Shown here: piece after piece, positions 9,893 through 20,864 of the stretch
How positions within the stretch are numbered: the stretch's first letter is position 1
How the letters are laid out: each line of letters opens with the position of its first letter
Source: an uncultured Acetatifactor sp.
Lineage (GTDB): Bacteria; Bacillota; Clostridia; Lachnospirales; Lachnospiraceae
Direction of reading: 5' to 3'
Assembly (NCBI GenBank): GCA_910584375.1
Contig: CAJUAH010000008.1
Location: 27,031-91,030, forward strand
Length of the DNA stretch: 64,000 nucleotides
The notes under the pieces: generated by a model
The model's database searches: none
The model's input: only the letters and a program-made list of their open reading frames with translations
What the model was told of the DNA's origin: nothing
Made by a program: the position numbers and the translations under genes

Positions 9893-11320
9893 TTACAGCC
9901 AGGCCTGCCGCAATAGCGTCAGGCCGTTTTTGATTTCCTCTGCCTCCAACCCGCCGTAACCCAGCAGCACGGTATGGCCCGGTTTTTTTCCTGACGTTCC
10001 TACCAGATTCTCCGACAATCCGTAGACCCGGACGCCCTGCGCCCGGGCCGCCGCCGTCAGAGCCTCTTCCGTCTGCCCTCTCCTGCCGGTGAGCAGCAGA
10101 TGCAGTCCCGCGTTTTCTCCCGTGACGGTAAAATATTGCCCAAAATCCGCCAGTTCTTCCAAGAGCAGATCGTGTTTCTCCTTATAGTGTTTACGCATCT
10201 TATTCAGATACCGCTCAAAATACCCTCCGGCGATAAACTCCTCCAGCATTTTCTGATCGATCCTGGACACGGTGGCGGAGTAGAAACCGCACCGCTGTCG
10301 GTAAAGCTCCAGCAATGCCGGGGGCAGCACCATATAGCTGACCCGAATGGCGGGGGCAATGGATTTGCTGAAAGTGCCGATATAGATCACGCGCCCCTGG
10401 GTGTCCGACGCCTGCAAGGCCGGGATGGGTTTCCCCCGGTAGCGAAATTCGCTGTCGTAATCGTCTTCGATCAGGTATCTCCCCGGCGCCTCGTTGGCCC
10501 ATTTAAGCAGTTCCAGACGCCGTCCGATGGGCATCAGCACCCCTGTGGGATACTGATGGGACGGCATCACATAGGCCGCCGTCACGTCGCTTTGCCGCAA
10601 ACCCGCCGCCGACATGCCCGCCTCATCCATATCTACGGTGGTGATCTCATAGGCAAAGGAATCGAAGATCTGATAGGCCCTTTTATAGGTGGGGTTCTCC
10701 ATGGCGATCCGCACATGCCGCCCCAGAATCTTTTCCAGCAGCAGCAGCAGATAATCGTTTCCGGCCCCCACTATGATCTGCTGGGGCGTGCAGTTCACTC
10801 CCCGGGAAGAATGCAGATATCCGCTGATCGTCTCCCGCAGACTGTATTCCCCCTGGGCGTCCCCCTGGGTAAACAGCCCGCTGCTGTTCTGGCTTAAGAC
10901 ACTTCTGTTAATCTTGCGCCAGACACTGAAGGGAAAGCGGGACATATCAATGGCGGTAGGGGAAAAGTCGCAGACATACCGCTCCTGCGCCGCGCTCTTC
11001 GAAACCGCTCCCCCCCGGGCCGGGCCGTCTTCCTGCAAACTGTCTCCGCCGGTTTCAAGCCGGTACAGCTCTTCCATCCGGCAGACATAATATCCCCTGT
11101 AGGGACGGGAGGCAATATAGCCCTCGGACAGGAGCTGGTCATAGGCCAGAGAGGCCGTGCTGCGGGATATCTGTAGATATTCCGCCAGAGAACGGGTAGA
11201 GGGAAGTCGCTCACCCGGACGCAACTTCCCCTCTCTGATCTCCTGCCTGATATATTCATATATCTGCTCGTACAGACACTTATTGCTGTCCCCGCGCAGC
11301 ATAGCGGTCAAATCGTACAT
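9893..11320 (-). CDS. MocR/GabR family regulator (GntR HTH + PLP aminotransferase domain)
   Basis: LPSTRSLA HTH; PSHQYPTG, IEDDYDSEFRY and GTFSK. Confidence 0.93.
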   Translation of the reverse strand: MYDLTAMLRGDSNKCLYEQIYEYIRQEIREGKLRPGERLPSTRSLAEYLQISRSTASLAYDQLLSEGYIASRPYRGYYVCRMEELYRLETGGDSLQEDGPARGGAVSKSAAQERYVCDFSPTAIDMSRFPFSVWRKINRSVLSQNSSGLFTQGDAQGEYSLRETISGYLHSSRGVNCTPQQIIVGAGNDYLLLLLEKILGRHVRIAMENPTYKRAYQIFDSFAYEITTVDMDEAGMSAAGLRQSDVTAAYVMPSHQYPTGVLMPIGRRLELLKWANEAPGRYLIEDDYDSEFRYRGKPIPALQASDTQGRVIYIGTFSKSIAPAIRVSYMVLPPALLELYRQRCGFYSATVSRIDQKMLEEFIAGGYFERYLNKMRKHYKEKHDLLLEELADFGQYFTVTGENAGLHLLLTGRRGQTEEALTAAARAQGVRVYGLSENLVGTSGKKPGHTVLLGYGGLEAEEIKNGLTLLRQAWL

Positions 11321-11323
11321 ACC

Positions 11324-12163
11324 CTATTTTCCTGTTTCCCTTTTCTTTGCCACGATCAGTTCCTTCAGATCCCTGGCCTTATCCTTGACCCGGTTGTTGG
11401 CCATGGAGGCCAACAGACGGGACACATACTGGGAAGACGTATCCAGTTCGCCCACCTCATAGGCAAGAGCCGCCGTCAGGTAATCCATCGTATACTCATC
11501 CATGCCGCACATGGGATAACGCTCCGACTTCTGCGCCTCCACAAAACCCTTGAAAGCGTTTTGCAGATATTCCCTCTCCTGGGCCGCCAGTTCCTCCCTT
11601 TGCTGAGGCAGCAGCTGACGCTTGTTTTCCAGCTCCTCGGCGTAACCGCGCAGCAGCCATGCCGACTTGAGGCAGATGTAGGCTTTCTCACTGTTTTTTG
11701 CCTTCTTTACCATGGCGCACACCAGCGCAATCTTATAGCGCTCCATCGCCTCCTCGTAGGTATAGTAATCCTCCGAATGGGACTGTAGTTTCACTTTGGT
11801 GCTGATCTGCTCCTTAATCAGGTGAATCTGTCCGGCAGTCAGCGCCGTAAAATAGCGGGTCAATGCCGCATATTTGCAGTGCGGGCACAGCTCCACGTCA
11901 TATTTTGTAGCGTCGATCCCCACATACCGGGGCCGCAGATCCAGATCCATGGATACCAGTTTCGCCTTGCCGGTCTTCATGACGCGCGATGTAAACTGGC
12001 CGTCACACACGGGGCAGGTGAAAGACTTATCATAGATATAATCGGTCTCCTCCGGCTGGGCCGGTTCCGCAGCCTTCTCCTCCGCCTTCTCCTCTTCCGC
12101 GAACAGATCGCTGTTCTCCAGATCTCCAAGTCCCAAATCCTTTAATCCTGAAAAAATTCCCAT
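11324..12163 (-). CDS. DUF2225-like protein
   Basis: CPVC...DLDLRP...CPHCKYAA and helical C-terminus with CLKSAWLLR. Confidence 0.75.
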   Translation of the reverse strand: MGIFSGLKDLGLGDLENSDLFAEEEKAEEKAAEPAQPEETDYIYDKSFTCPVCDGQFTSRVMKTGKAKLVSMDLDLRPRYVGIDATKYDVELCPHCKYAALTRYFTALTAGQIHLIKEQISTKVKLQSHSEDYYTYEEAMERYKIALVCAMVKKAKNSEKAYICLKSAWLLRGYAEELENKRQLLPQQREELAAQEREYLQNAFKGFVEAQKSERYPMCGMDEYTMDYLTAALAYEVGELDTSSQYVSRLLASMANNRVKDKARDLKELIVAKKRETGK

Positions 12164-12217
12164 AACTTTTAATCCTCTTTCTCTCCATTTTCAAATCGAC
12201 AATCCCGTTCTCCCGCT

Positions 12218-13927
12218 CTATCTGGGCAGTACAAAAGAGCTCTTGAGCGACACGATTCTGTTGAATACCATCTTCTCCGGAGCGGAATCCCTGGCATCCA
12301 CACAGAAAAATCCCTGCCGTACAAACTGGAACCGCTCATATGCCCCGGCGCCCGCAAAGGCCGGTTCCAGATAGCCCTGTTTCACCGCCAGAGAGTCGGG
12401 ATTCAGATACAGTTCCCCATTCTCATCGTAGATGGAACCCTTCTCATCCGCTTTCTCTTCATCGATCAGATTCTCATACAGACGAATCTGGGCGGGTATG
12501 GCCGTCCGGGCCGCCACCCAGTGAATGGTTCCTTTCACCTTTCTGCCGTCCGGGCTGTTGCCTCCCCTGGAGGCGGGGTCATAGGTGCAGTGTACCGCCG
12601 TGACATTGCCCTCCGCATCCTTCTCGCATCCGGTGCATGTCACAAAATAAGCGTTCATCAGACGCACCTCATTGCCGGGGAACATACGGAAGTATTTTCT
12701 GGGCGGTTCCTCCATGAAATCCTCTCTCTCGATATACAGCTCCCTGCCAAAGGGTATCTCCCTGTTGCCCAATTCCTCATTATCCGGATTATTCACTGCC
12801 GTCAGATACTCTGTCTGCCCCTCGGGATAGTTGTCGATCACCAGTTTTACAGGATCCAGCACCGCCATATAGCGGGGAGCCTGCGCTTTCAGATCCTCCC
12901 GGATGCAGTATTCCAGCGCCGCATAATCCGCCACGGAGTGAGCCTTGGACACACCGCACATTTCCACAAAGCGGCGTATGGACTGGGGGGTGAATCCCCG
13001 GCGGCGCAGCGCCGCGATGGACACCAGACGCGGATCGTCCCAGCCGTCCACTTTGCCCTCAAGCACCAGTTTCTTGATATAGCGTTTTCCGGTCACCACG
13101 TTTTTCAGATACATTTTGGCCTGCTCGATCTGTTTAGGCGGATGCGGATACTCCAGTTCCCGCACCACCCAGTCGTACAGCGGCCTGTGATCCTCAAACT
13201 CCAGCGTGCAGATGGAATGGGTAATCCCCTCAATAGCATCCTCAATCGGGTGGGCAAAATCATACATGGGGTATATGCACCAGGTATCCCCCGTATTATG
13301 GTGGCTCATATGGGCCACACGGTAGATTACCGGATCCCGCATATTGATATTGGGAGAGGCCATGTCGATCCGGGCACGGAGTACTTTTTCCCCATCCGCG
13401 TATTTCCCGTCCTTCATCTCCTCAAAGAGCCTTAAGTTCTCCTCCACGCTGCGGCCGTTGCAGGGATCCTCCCTGCCCGGCTCGGTAAAACTGCCTCTAT
13501 ACTCCTTGATCTGATCCGCCGTCAGATCGGACACATAGGCCTTACCCTTTTTTATCAGTTTCACCGCCGCCTCGTACATCTGTCCAAAATAGTCCGAGGC
13601 AAAGAACAACCTGTCCTCCCAGTCGGCGCCCAGCCACTGCACGTCCGCCTTGATGGACTCCACAAACTCGATATCCTCCTTGGTAGGGTTGGTGTCGTCA
13701 AAGCGCATGTTGAATTTACCGCCGTACTGCTGCGCCAGGAGATAGTTGGTCAGTATGGCCTTGGCGTGACCAATATGCAGGTAGCCGTTGGGTTCCGGCG
13801 GAAAACGGGTATGCACCGTGTCATACACGCCCTCTGCCAGATCCCTGTCAATGATCTGCTCAATGAAATTCCGGGAGACCTTTTCCTCCGAAGTCTCTCC
13901 GGCCGTCATATTCTCCAGTTCACTCAT
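12218..13927 (-). CDS. glnS: Glutamine--tRNA ligase
   Basis: [27 protein letters not shown] and KVKGTIHWV. Confidence 0.97.
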   Translation of the reverse strand: MSELENMTAGETSEEKVSRNFIEQIIDRDLAEGVYDTVHTRFPPEPNGYLHIGHAKAILTNYLLAQQYGGKFNMRFDDTNPTKEDIEFVESIKADVQWLGADWEDRLFFASDYFGQMYEAAVKLIKKGKAYVSDLTADQIKEYRGSFTEPGREDPCNGRSVEENLRLFEEMKDGKYADGEKVLRARIDMASPNINMRDPVIYRVAHMSHHNTGDTWCIYPMYDFAHPIEDAIEGITHSICTLEFEDHRPLYDWVVRELEYPHPPKQIEQAKMYLKNVVTGKRYIKKLVLEGKVDGWDDPRLVSIAALRRRGFTPQSIRRFVEMCGVSKAHSVADYAALEYCIREDLKAQAPRYMAVLDPVKLVIDNYPEGQTEYLTAVNNPDNEELGNREIPFGRELYIEREDFMEEPPRKYFRMFPGNEVRLMNAYFVTCTGCEKDAEGNVTAVHCTYDPASRGGNSPDGRKVKGTIHWVAARTAIPAQIRLYENLIDEEKADEKGSIYDENGELYLNPDSLAVKQGYLEPAFAGAGAYERFQFVRQGFFCVDARDSAPEKMVFNRIVSLKSSFVLPR

Positions 13928-14003
13928 AATAACATATCCTTTCCCGTCCGTGACCTATTGTTTCCATCATAGCATACCCGGCCGGAAGTTTCAATCAAAT
14001 TCC

Positions 14004-15317
14004 TCACTTCGCCAGAGATTCCTGCTGAAGCCTGTCAATTTCAGCCATGCATTCGTCCACTGTGGCTCCGCCCAGCAGCTGCCGCACCACGAGACAGATA
14101 TTCCCCCACTGTTCCATCTTCATCCCGGCGTTGGCCCCCAGGACATAGACATTATCCTGGATCCTGTCATTCAGCGGTTTCAGCGCGGGAACACATTCCA
14201 CCTCCACATTTTTGGAGGGTGAGATCACCCTGTTGGTCTCCGCGTACACGCGGAGCGCCTCATCGGAGAGGATCACATCCAGAACTGCCATCGCATCCTC
14301 CCCATGTTCCGCGTTGACGCCCACGCCAAACCCCGTCATAGGCATCACCGGCATCTGACCCCGGCTGCTGGGAAAACCGATGACCAGCATGTTAAAATCG
14401 GTCTTTCCGTATGCAGTCTCCGTGTTGGCCGCCCCCCAGTACGCCATGACAATGGGGATTTTCTGAGCCAAAAAATCTTCTCCTTCCCCCTCGATGGCTT
14501 CGCTCACACATGCCTTTTCGGCATCAATATAACCGCAGTCCATCATCTCCCGCAAAAACTCAAAACCCGGTCGCAGATAATCGCTGTACCTGCTTTCCCC
14601 GCTGTTCAGCGCCGCAATCTCCGCCTCTGTGTTCTCCCCGTTGTACAGATCGGCATAGGCCTGGGCCATCACGAAAGTCTCCAGCCACCAGCGGTTGGCC
14701 CCCACCGGAGTCTCTATCCCGTTTTCCTTAAACACCCTGCAGCACTCCAGAAATTCCTCCGGCGTCTCCGGAAGTTCCAGGCTGTATCTGTCAAACATAT
14801 CCTTATTGATAAACAAGCCGTATGCCACCACTTCCTGCGGGATTGCAACCAGTTTCCCGTCCACGGTATTGGCGGTTCTTACCACATCCCGAAGATTTTC
14901 CGCGCATGCCAGTCCCGACAAATCCCTTAATTTTCCTTCCTCCCCCATAGCCTGGATCACATCGGGATTCATCAGATATATGTCATCCATATCATTACGG
15001 ATTCGGTCTATAGCCACGTCATCATAGGTTTTATCCTGATAATTCTCCGCTGTATATGTGTTATAGCCCACAGTGACGCCCAGTTTTTCCTCCGCCATGG
15101 CAATCGTCTTGTCAGCGGCGTTTCTGGCTACATTCTCCGCATTGGGTTCTGTTTTTTCCATGGGGCTGAACAGGATCACCATCCTGCCGACATCCTCCCG
15201 GGAAGCCACCAGGTTCAAGTCCTCTCCGTCCTCTCCCCCGCAGGCCGCCAAAACCACGGCTGCTGCCAGGCAGAGCGCCGTCCGCTTTAAACAGTTTCTT
15301 ACTGCTGTTTTTTCCAT
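14004..15317 (-). CDS. Extracellular solute-binding lipoprotein (family 1-like)
   Basis: Lipobox LAAC; DGKLVAIP...GLFINKDMF...PETPEEF pattern. Confidence 0.82.
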   Translation of the reverse strand: MEKTAVRNCLKRTALCLAAAVVLAACGGEDGEDLNLVASREDVGRMVILFSPMEKTEPNAENVARNAADKTIAMAEEKLGVTVGYNTYTAENYQDKTYDDVAIDRIRNDMDDIYLMNPDVIQAMGEEGKLRDLSGLACAENLRDVVRTANTVDGKLVAIPQEVVAYGLFINKDMFDRYSLELPETPEEFLECCRVFKENGIETPVGANRWWLETFVMAQAYADLYNGENTEAEIAALNSGESRYSDYLRPGFEFLREMMDCGYIDAEKACVSEAIEGEGEDFLAQKIPIVMAYWGAANTETAYGKTDFNMLVIGFPSSRGQMPVMPMTGFGVGVNAEHGEDAMAVLDVILSDEALRVYAETNRVISPSKNVEVECVPALKPLNDRIQDNVYVLGANAGMKMEQWGNICLVVRQLLGGATVDECMAEIDRLQQESLAK

Positions 15318-15371
15318 ATTCTCCCCCGCCTTTACTATATTGGCATATCTCAAAAAAATCTGCCATATCGC

Positions 15372-17984
15372 TTAAGAATCAAAGCGCTGTTTCCCTTCTT
15401 TGCGAACATATTGCCGGACTACCCTTTTCAGCATGTCTATATCGATGGGTTTCGCCAGATGAACATCCATACCGGCACTGAGAGCCTCCCGTTCATCCTC
15501 CGCAAAGGCGTTGGCAGTCATGGCTATGATCGGGATCCGAGCCGCATCCTCTCGCTCCAAAGCCCTGATTGCCCTGGTAGCGTCATAGCCGTTCATCACC
15601 GGCATCTGCACATCCATCAAAATAGCGTCAAACTCGCCCTCGTCAGATTGCTCAAAACGCTCCAGCACCAGCTGACCGTTCCCGGCGATCACACAGCTTG
15701 CGCCCTCCAGCGTCAGGATTTCTGTCAGGATCTCCGCATTGATATCATTGTCTTCCGCAGCCAGAAAATGCAGACCTTCCAGGCCTTCCGCCCCGGCGCT
15801 TTCCGGCTCCTGTGAGTTCCCCGCCGCCTCGGCCCGTATCTCTGTCACCTTATCCTTAAGCGCAGATAAAAAGAACGGTTTTTCCAGGACGCCGGTACAT
15901 TCCAACTTGAGAGCCTCCTCCATGGAATCCCGGCTATCCCCGCCAAGGGCTGTCATAAGCAAAACAGGGACTGTCCGGGGCAATACTTTTCTGATCTCTT
16001 CCACTGCCGAAACGCCTCCCGTGTTTGGATCGTCCCAATCCATCAAAACCATCTGGCAGTCTCCCCTTGATCCGCCGTCCCGCAGTACGCGCGCCGCCTC
16101 TTCTCCGCCGTCCACGATATCAACTGTGATGCCCATATCGTTTATGAGCGTGCGCACGGTATCGCGGTCCTGCATGTTCCCAATCACAGCCAATATGCGG
16201 GATATCCCGCTTTTTTCCCGGAACAGCTTATCCGTCTGCCCTTCCGGTATGCGGAACTCCAATTCCACCCGAAAGAGACTGCCCTTGTTCACCTCACTGG
16301 ACACTTGGATGGTTCCGCCCATAAGCTCCACTATATTTTTCGTGATCGCCATCCCGAGACCGGTGCCCTGCACCTTGTTTGTGGTGCTGTTCTCCGCCCG
16401 GGTGAACGCGTCAAAGATTGTCTTTAAATATTCCTGCGTCATCCCATATCCGTCGTCCTCCACATCAATACGGATATGTTCAAACTGGCTGGCCCGCTGT
16501 CCCAGACCGATAATGCGGAACCAGATATGGCCTCCCTCCGGCGTATATTTGACGGCGTTGGATAAAAGGTTGATCAGGATCTGGTTGATCCTCGTCTCGT
16601 CGCCTATCAGATACTCATGCCGGATATCCTTCACTTCCACCTGAAAATGCTGGGATTTGGCTGCAGCCATGGGACGGATGATGGCATCCACAGAAGACAC
16701 CAGGTCGCCGAGGGTGAACTCCTCCAGGTTGAGTACGACTTTTCCGCTCTCTATTTTGGATACGTCCAGGACATCGTTGATCAGGCTCAGCAAATGCTGC
16801 CCGGAGGCCGTGATCTTTCGGGTGTATTCCCGCACTTTGTCCGGATTGTCCGCATCCCGGGCCAGCAGAGTGGTAAATCCCAGAACGGCGTTCATGGGGG
16901 TACGGATATCATGGGACATATTGGACAGGAACATGGTCTTGGAATTGCTGGCCAGCTGGGCTGCATGCAATGCCTCCGCCAGCTGTTTGCTGTGTAATTC
17001 CCTCTCCGCCTCCCGCTCTCTCCTGACCTTGTTCTGCTGTCTCTGGTTAAAATAGTACAGCATACAACACAGGAAAAAGGCAATCAGCATAACCGTTACC
17101 ACGATAAAGATATTCTGGTTGACAGTCTTTCCCTCCTGCTGTATGGCCTCAACCGGTACATAGCCTGTCAAAAACAGCGAACCGCCATTCACTGTCCACA
17201 TGTAGTTCAGCGCGCTGTTTCCGCGTATGTCATGGTAAAACATCAGGTTTTTTCCATTTTGCACACACTCTGCCACCTCGGCGCGCAGATCCTCCTCCAG
17301 GATATCATTGGCCCTGTAATAGTCCGCCAGATTAATGTGTCCCGCGCTTCGCTCCCCCATCCCCTTGGGCTTGAGGACAAATCTCTCCGTCCTGGCGTCC
17401 ATGATGTAGAGCATGGCGCGGTTATCATAAAATCCGTTGGGAAGGGATCTGTCCAGGGAATCAAAAGTATATTCCACATAGAGCATGCCAATCTCACGGT
17501 CATCTTTTATCACAGGACATTTGAGCGAATAGGCCCATGTACCCATATAGTTCAGATAGGAGCTGGACATTTCCAGGCCGTCCACCGTCCACCCGGAAGA
17601 GAAATCCATCCCCTCCTCGGTAAATATTTCTCCCGTGCTGGAAATTCCTTCTGTTTCCCCTGCCAAAACCAGGGAAATCTTCACCATAGTCTGGTTTTTC
17701 CGGTATGAACGAACATACTCCTCAGGGTTCTCCCATCTGGCGATCTCCAGCGCCATCAGCTTTTGGAACTCCGCCTCTTTATTCAGTATAGCCTCGATGG
17801 TACATTGTATCAGATCCAGACTTTCGTTCAGATTCTGAACAGCAGCCTCCGACATCTCCCGAGTCGTTTTTCGCGCCACGGAAAATACCACTGTGCCCAG
17901 AACAGCAAATACTATAATAATAGAAAAAAGCAAAGGAAACCCCTTGTTTGTTCCGCCTCTGTTTTTTTTCTCTTTTACCCTCAT
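15372..17984 (-). CDS. Hybrid sensor histidine kinase with two receiver domains
   Basis: Two TM helices, SHDIRTPMN H-box, NLLSNAVKYT, GTGLG, C-terminal receiver LMDVQMP; first receiver is degenerate. Confidence 0.95.
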   Translation of the reverse strand: MRVKEKKNRGGTNKGFPLLFSIIIVFAVLGTVVFSVARKTTREMSEAAVQNLNESLDLIQCTIEAILNKEAEFQKLMALEIARWENPEEYVRSYRKNQTMVKISLVLAGETEGISSTGEIFTEEGMDFSSGWTVDGLEMSSSYLNYMGTWAYSLKCPVIKDDREIGMLYVEYTFDSLDRSLPNGFYDNRAMLYIMDARTERFVLKPKGMGERSAGHINLADYYRANDILEEDLRAEVAECVQNGKNLMFYHDIRGNSALNYMWTVNGGSLFLTGYVPVEAIQQEGKTVNQNIFIVVTVMLIAFFLCCMLYYFNQRQQNKVRREREAERELHSKQLAEALHAAQLASNSKTMFLSNMSHDIRTPMNAVLGFTTLLARDADNPDKVREYTRKITASGQHLLSLINDVLDVSKIESGKVVLNLEEFTLGDLVSSVDAIIRPMAAAKSQHFQVEVKDIRHEYLIGDETRINQILINLLSNAVKYTPEGGHIWFRIIGLGQRASQFEHIRIDVEDDGYGMTQEYLKTIFDAFTRAENSTTNKVQGTGLGMAITKNIVELMGGTIQVSSEVNKGSLFRVELEFRIPEGQTDKLFREKSGISRILAVIGNMQDRDTVRTLINDMGITVDIVDGGEEAARVLRDGGSRGDCQMVLMDWDDPNTGGVSAVEEIRKVLPRTVPVLLMTALGGDSRDSMEEALKLECTGVLEKPFFLSALKDKVTEIRAEAAGNSQEPESAGAEGLEGLHFLAAEDNDINAEILTEILTLEGASCVIAGNGQLVLERFEQSDEGEFDAILMDVQMPVMNGYDATRAIRALEREDAARIPIIAMTANAFAEDEREALSAGMDVHLAKPIDIDMLKRVVRQYVRKEGKQRFDS

Positions 17985-18089
17985 TACCGCCTTACCTCGA
18001 TCTCCCCATACTGTATAATATACCCCCAACTCTCATTTTGTGAGGCGATCTGCCATCATGCCCAAGACCCGTTTTTGTTTCGCAGCCGC

Positions 18090-19601
18090 CTATATTATTT
18101 CATAATTCTCACCTAACTGCTTATGTTTGATAATAAAAATATTTTGTGGATTGTCGCAGTACGCCGCCAGATAGTCGCCGGGTACACCCAGCATATAGCC
18201 GTCCTCATCCCACAGCGTGAACAGTTTAACTCCCTTTTCCAGTTCTTTTATGTAGACCTGAAGATTGGCGTTGGGACAGCACGACCTGGCATAATCCTGT
18301 ATATGGAAGGTAATATTCTTGGCCTGGTTTTTTATCGTAGGCTCATAGGAAGTCACCGCTTTCCAGTCAAATCTCTCCTCCATAATATCATAATAGGGCT
18401 CAAACTGACTGCTGCTGGTCTGGATGATGTCCCCGTCGTCCTCCAGCACCAGATATGTGCCTTCGGCCACGTTCAGGTTCAGCGTCACATCTCCTTCCTG
18501 TGTGCGGAGAATCGCCGTTTTTCCGATCCCCTCTATAGTGTCCACCCGCACATAACCCATCAGATCGGGGCGCTTACGGTAGCGGGGCAGTCCTGTCAGG
18601 TCGATCCGGTACTCTTTGGCGTCTATCACCATAAATTCCGCGAAATACTGATTCATACGGCTGTTGAAATAAGCATCCGCGTGGAGAGCGCCGTTTTTCT
18701 CCCCATACAGCCTTTTACTGATATAGCCGCCCGACTTTTCCGCATGGCCGCCGCCGGAGCCGATACCCTTCGTCAAATAGGCCGCCAGTTCGTTGGCGTT
18801 GACCTCCCGGATACAGCTGCGCACGGAGATCTTGTAGCCGTCGTTTATCTCGTTGTAGACCAGACACACATCGATCTCGTCCACCTGCAGCAAAAAATCA
18901 CTGATCAGCCCCAGAATGTTGGGATCGCAGGGCTGCGAATGTATTACCGCAAAACGGTATTCATCGTTGTAGCTGTAGCGGATCATTGCGATACCCGCAA
19001 TCATCAGCTCCTGCAGGGACAGGTTGGAGTTGCGGAACATGGTGAGCAGCCTCTTGTTGGTGTTGAGAGTTTCCCACATGTCCATATCCCGGGGGTTGTG
19101 CATCTCCGAGAGCTGATTGGTGTCCGTGTACAGGCCATAATACAGCGCCGTCCCCAGAACTATGTCCTCATTGACCGGATAGTCTTCCTCACACAGCATG
19201 GTCCACACCAGCGTACAGCAGCTGCCCAGATCGGACTGTATACGGCTCATGGGCATGTTTTCGATCTCTATGCGGTGGTGATCTATCACAGCCACCCGTT
19301 GCGCCTCAAAGCGGGTCACGTTGCCCGCCCCATATTGACAGTCTACAGTGATCAAAAGGCCCGGGAAGGGTTGCTGCCCTTCCCGCTCCACATACTCTAC
19401 AGGAAGTTCTAACTTGTCGCACATCATGCGCAGATTGGCTTTCTGTATTTTGGAGAAACCGCTGTAGATCATGCGCACTTCTTTCCCCCTGCTGCGGAAA
19501 TAACAGTACAGTCCATAGGCAGAGCCCAGCGCGTCCGCGTCCGGATTGTCGTGACATTGTATCGTTATGGGGTTGTATTGTTCCAGATCTGCCAGTCTCA
19601 T
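18090..19601 (-). CDS. DHH family phosphoesterase with extended C-terminus
   Basis: HDNPDADALGS, TVDC, IDHH, YTDT and GGGH. Confidence 0.9.
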   Translation of the reverse strand: MRLADLEQYNPITIQCHDNPDADALGSAYGLYCYFRSRGKEVRMIYSGFSKIQKANLRMMCDKLELPVEYVEREGQQPFPGLLITVDCQYGAGNVTRFEAQRVAVIDHHRIEIENMPMSRIQSDLGSCCTLVWTMLCEEDYPVNEDIVLGTALYYGLYTDTNQLSEMHNPRDMDMWETLNTNKRLLTMFRNSNLSLQELMIAGIAMIRYSYNDEYRFAVIHSQPCDPNILGLISDFLLQVDEIDVCLVYNEINDGYKISVRSCIREVNANELAAYLTKGIGSGGGHAEKSGGYISKRLYGEKNGALHADAYFNSRMNQYFAEFMVIDAKEYRIDLTGLPRYRKRPDLMGYVRVDTIEGIGKTAILRTQEGDVTLNLNVAEGTYLVLEDDGDIIQTSSSQFEPYYDIMEERFDWKAVTSYEPTIKNQAKNITFHIQDYARSCCPNANLQVYIKELEKGVKLFTLWDEDGYMLGVPGDYLAAYCDNPQNIFIIKHKQLGENYEII

Positions 19602-19666
19602 GTTCTGTTATTCTCCTTATCTCCGGCCGGGAAAACGGCCCTCTGTCTGCTGTATTCCCCGGCATA

Positions 19667-20845
19667 TTAATGATGGAACAGACGTATGCCGGTAAACACC
19701 ATCACCATATCATATTTGTCACAGCACTCTATCACCAGATCGTCCCGCACGGAACCGCCGGGCTGGGCAATGTATTTTACGCCGCTCTTATGCGCTCTCT
19801 CAATGTTGTCGGAAAAGGGAAAGAATGCGTCGGAGCCCAGCGTCACATCCGTGTTGCCGTCCAGCCACGCCCTCTTTTCCTCCGGGGTGAACACGGGGGG
19901 TTTTACCTTGAAGATCTTCTGCCATGCTCCCTCCGCCAGCACATCCATGTATTCTTCTCCTATATAGAGGTCGATGGCGTTGTCCCTGTCCGCCCTGCCG
20001 ATGCTGTCCAAAAACTCCAGGCCCAATACCTGGGGAGCCTGGCGCAGATACCAGTTGTCCGCCTTGCTGCCCGCCAGTCTGGTGCAGTGAATCCGGGACT
20101 GCTGCCCCGCGCCGATACCGATGGCCTGTCCGCCCTTCACATAGCACACAGAGTTGGACTGGGTGTACTTTAAGGTGATCAGCGCGATCTTCATATCGAT
20201 CAGAGCCTCCTCGGGAACGCTCCGGTTCTCAGTCACAAAGTTGGACAGCAGGTCGCCGTTTATATCCAGCTCGTTCCTGCCCTGCTCAAAGGTGATCCCG
20301 TACACCTGCTTTTTTTCCAAAGGAGCAGGCTGGTAGGAGGGATCGATCCGGATCACATTGTAATTGCCTTTTTTCTTTGCTTTCAGTATCTCCAGCGCCT
20401 CCTCGGTGTAGCCGGGAGCGATAACGCCGTCGGATACCTCTCGCTTGATGAGTCGGGCCGTGTCCCCGTCGCATGTGTCGGACAGGGCGATAAAATCTCC
20501 AAAGGAGGACATTCTGTCCGCGCCTCTGGCACGGGCATAGGCACAGGCCAGAGGAGATAACTCACCCAGGTCGTCCACCCAGTAGATCCTGGCCAGGGTC
20601 TCCGTCAGAGGCAGACCCACCGCCGCGCCTGCCGGGGAGACATGCTTAAAGGAGGTTGCGGCAGGCAGGCCGGTGGCCTCCTTCAGCTCCTTTACCAGCT
20701 GCCAGCCGTTGAATGCGTCCAGGAAATTGATGTATCCGGGTTTGCCGTTTAAAACGGTGACGGGCAGGGCGCTGCCGTCCTCCATGTAAATCCTGGAAGG
20801 TTTTTGATTGGGGTTACATCCGTATTTTAATTCGATCTCGTTCAT
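19667..20845 (-). CDS. purH: AICAR transformylase (PurH lacking the IMP cyclohydrolase domain)
   Basis: LKYGCNPNQ, SFKHVSPAG, GAGQQSRIHC, SDAFFPF and QPGGSVRD. Confidence 0.93.
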   Translation of the reverse strand: MNEIELKYGCNPNQKPSRIYMEDGSALPVTVLNGKPGYINFLDAFNGWQLVKELKEATGLPAATSFKHVSPAGAAVGLPLTETLARIYWVDDLGELSPLACAYARARGADRMSSFGDFIALSDTCDGDTARLIKREVSDGVIAPGYTEEALEILKAKKKGNYNVIRIDPSYQPAPLEKKQVYGITFEQGRNELDINGDLLSNFVTENRSVPEEALIDMKIALITLKYTQSNSVCYVKGGQAIGIGAGQQSRIHCTRLAGSKADNWYLRQAPQVLGLEFLDSIGRADRDNAIDLYIGEEYMDVLAEGAWQKIFKVKPPVFTPEEKRAWLDGNTDVTLGSDAFFPFSDNIERAHKSGVKYIAQPGGSVRDDLVIECCDKYDMVMVFTGIRLFHH

Positions 20846-20864
20846 GATATTATTCTCCTGCTCT

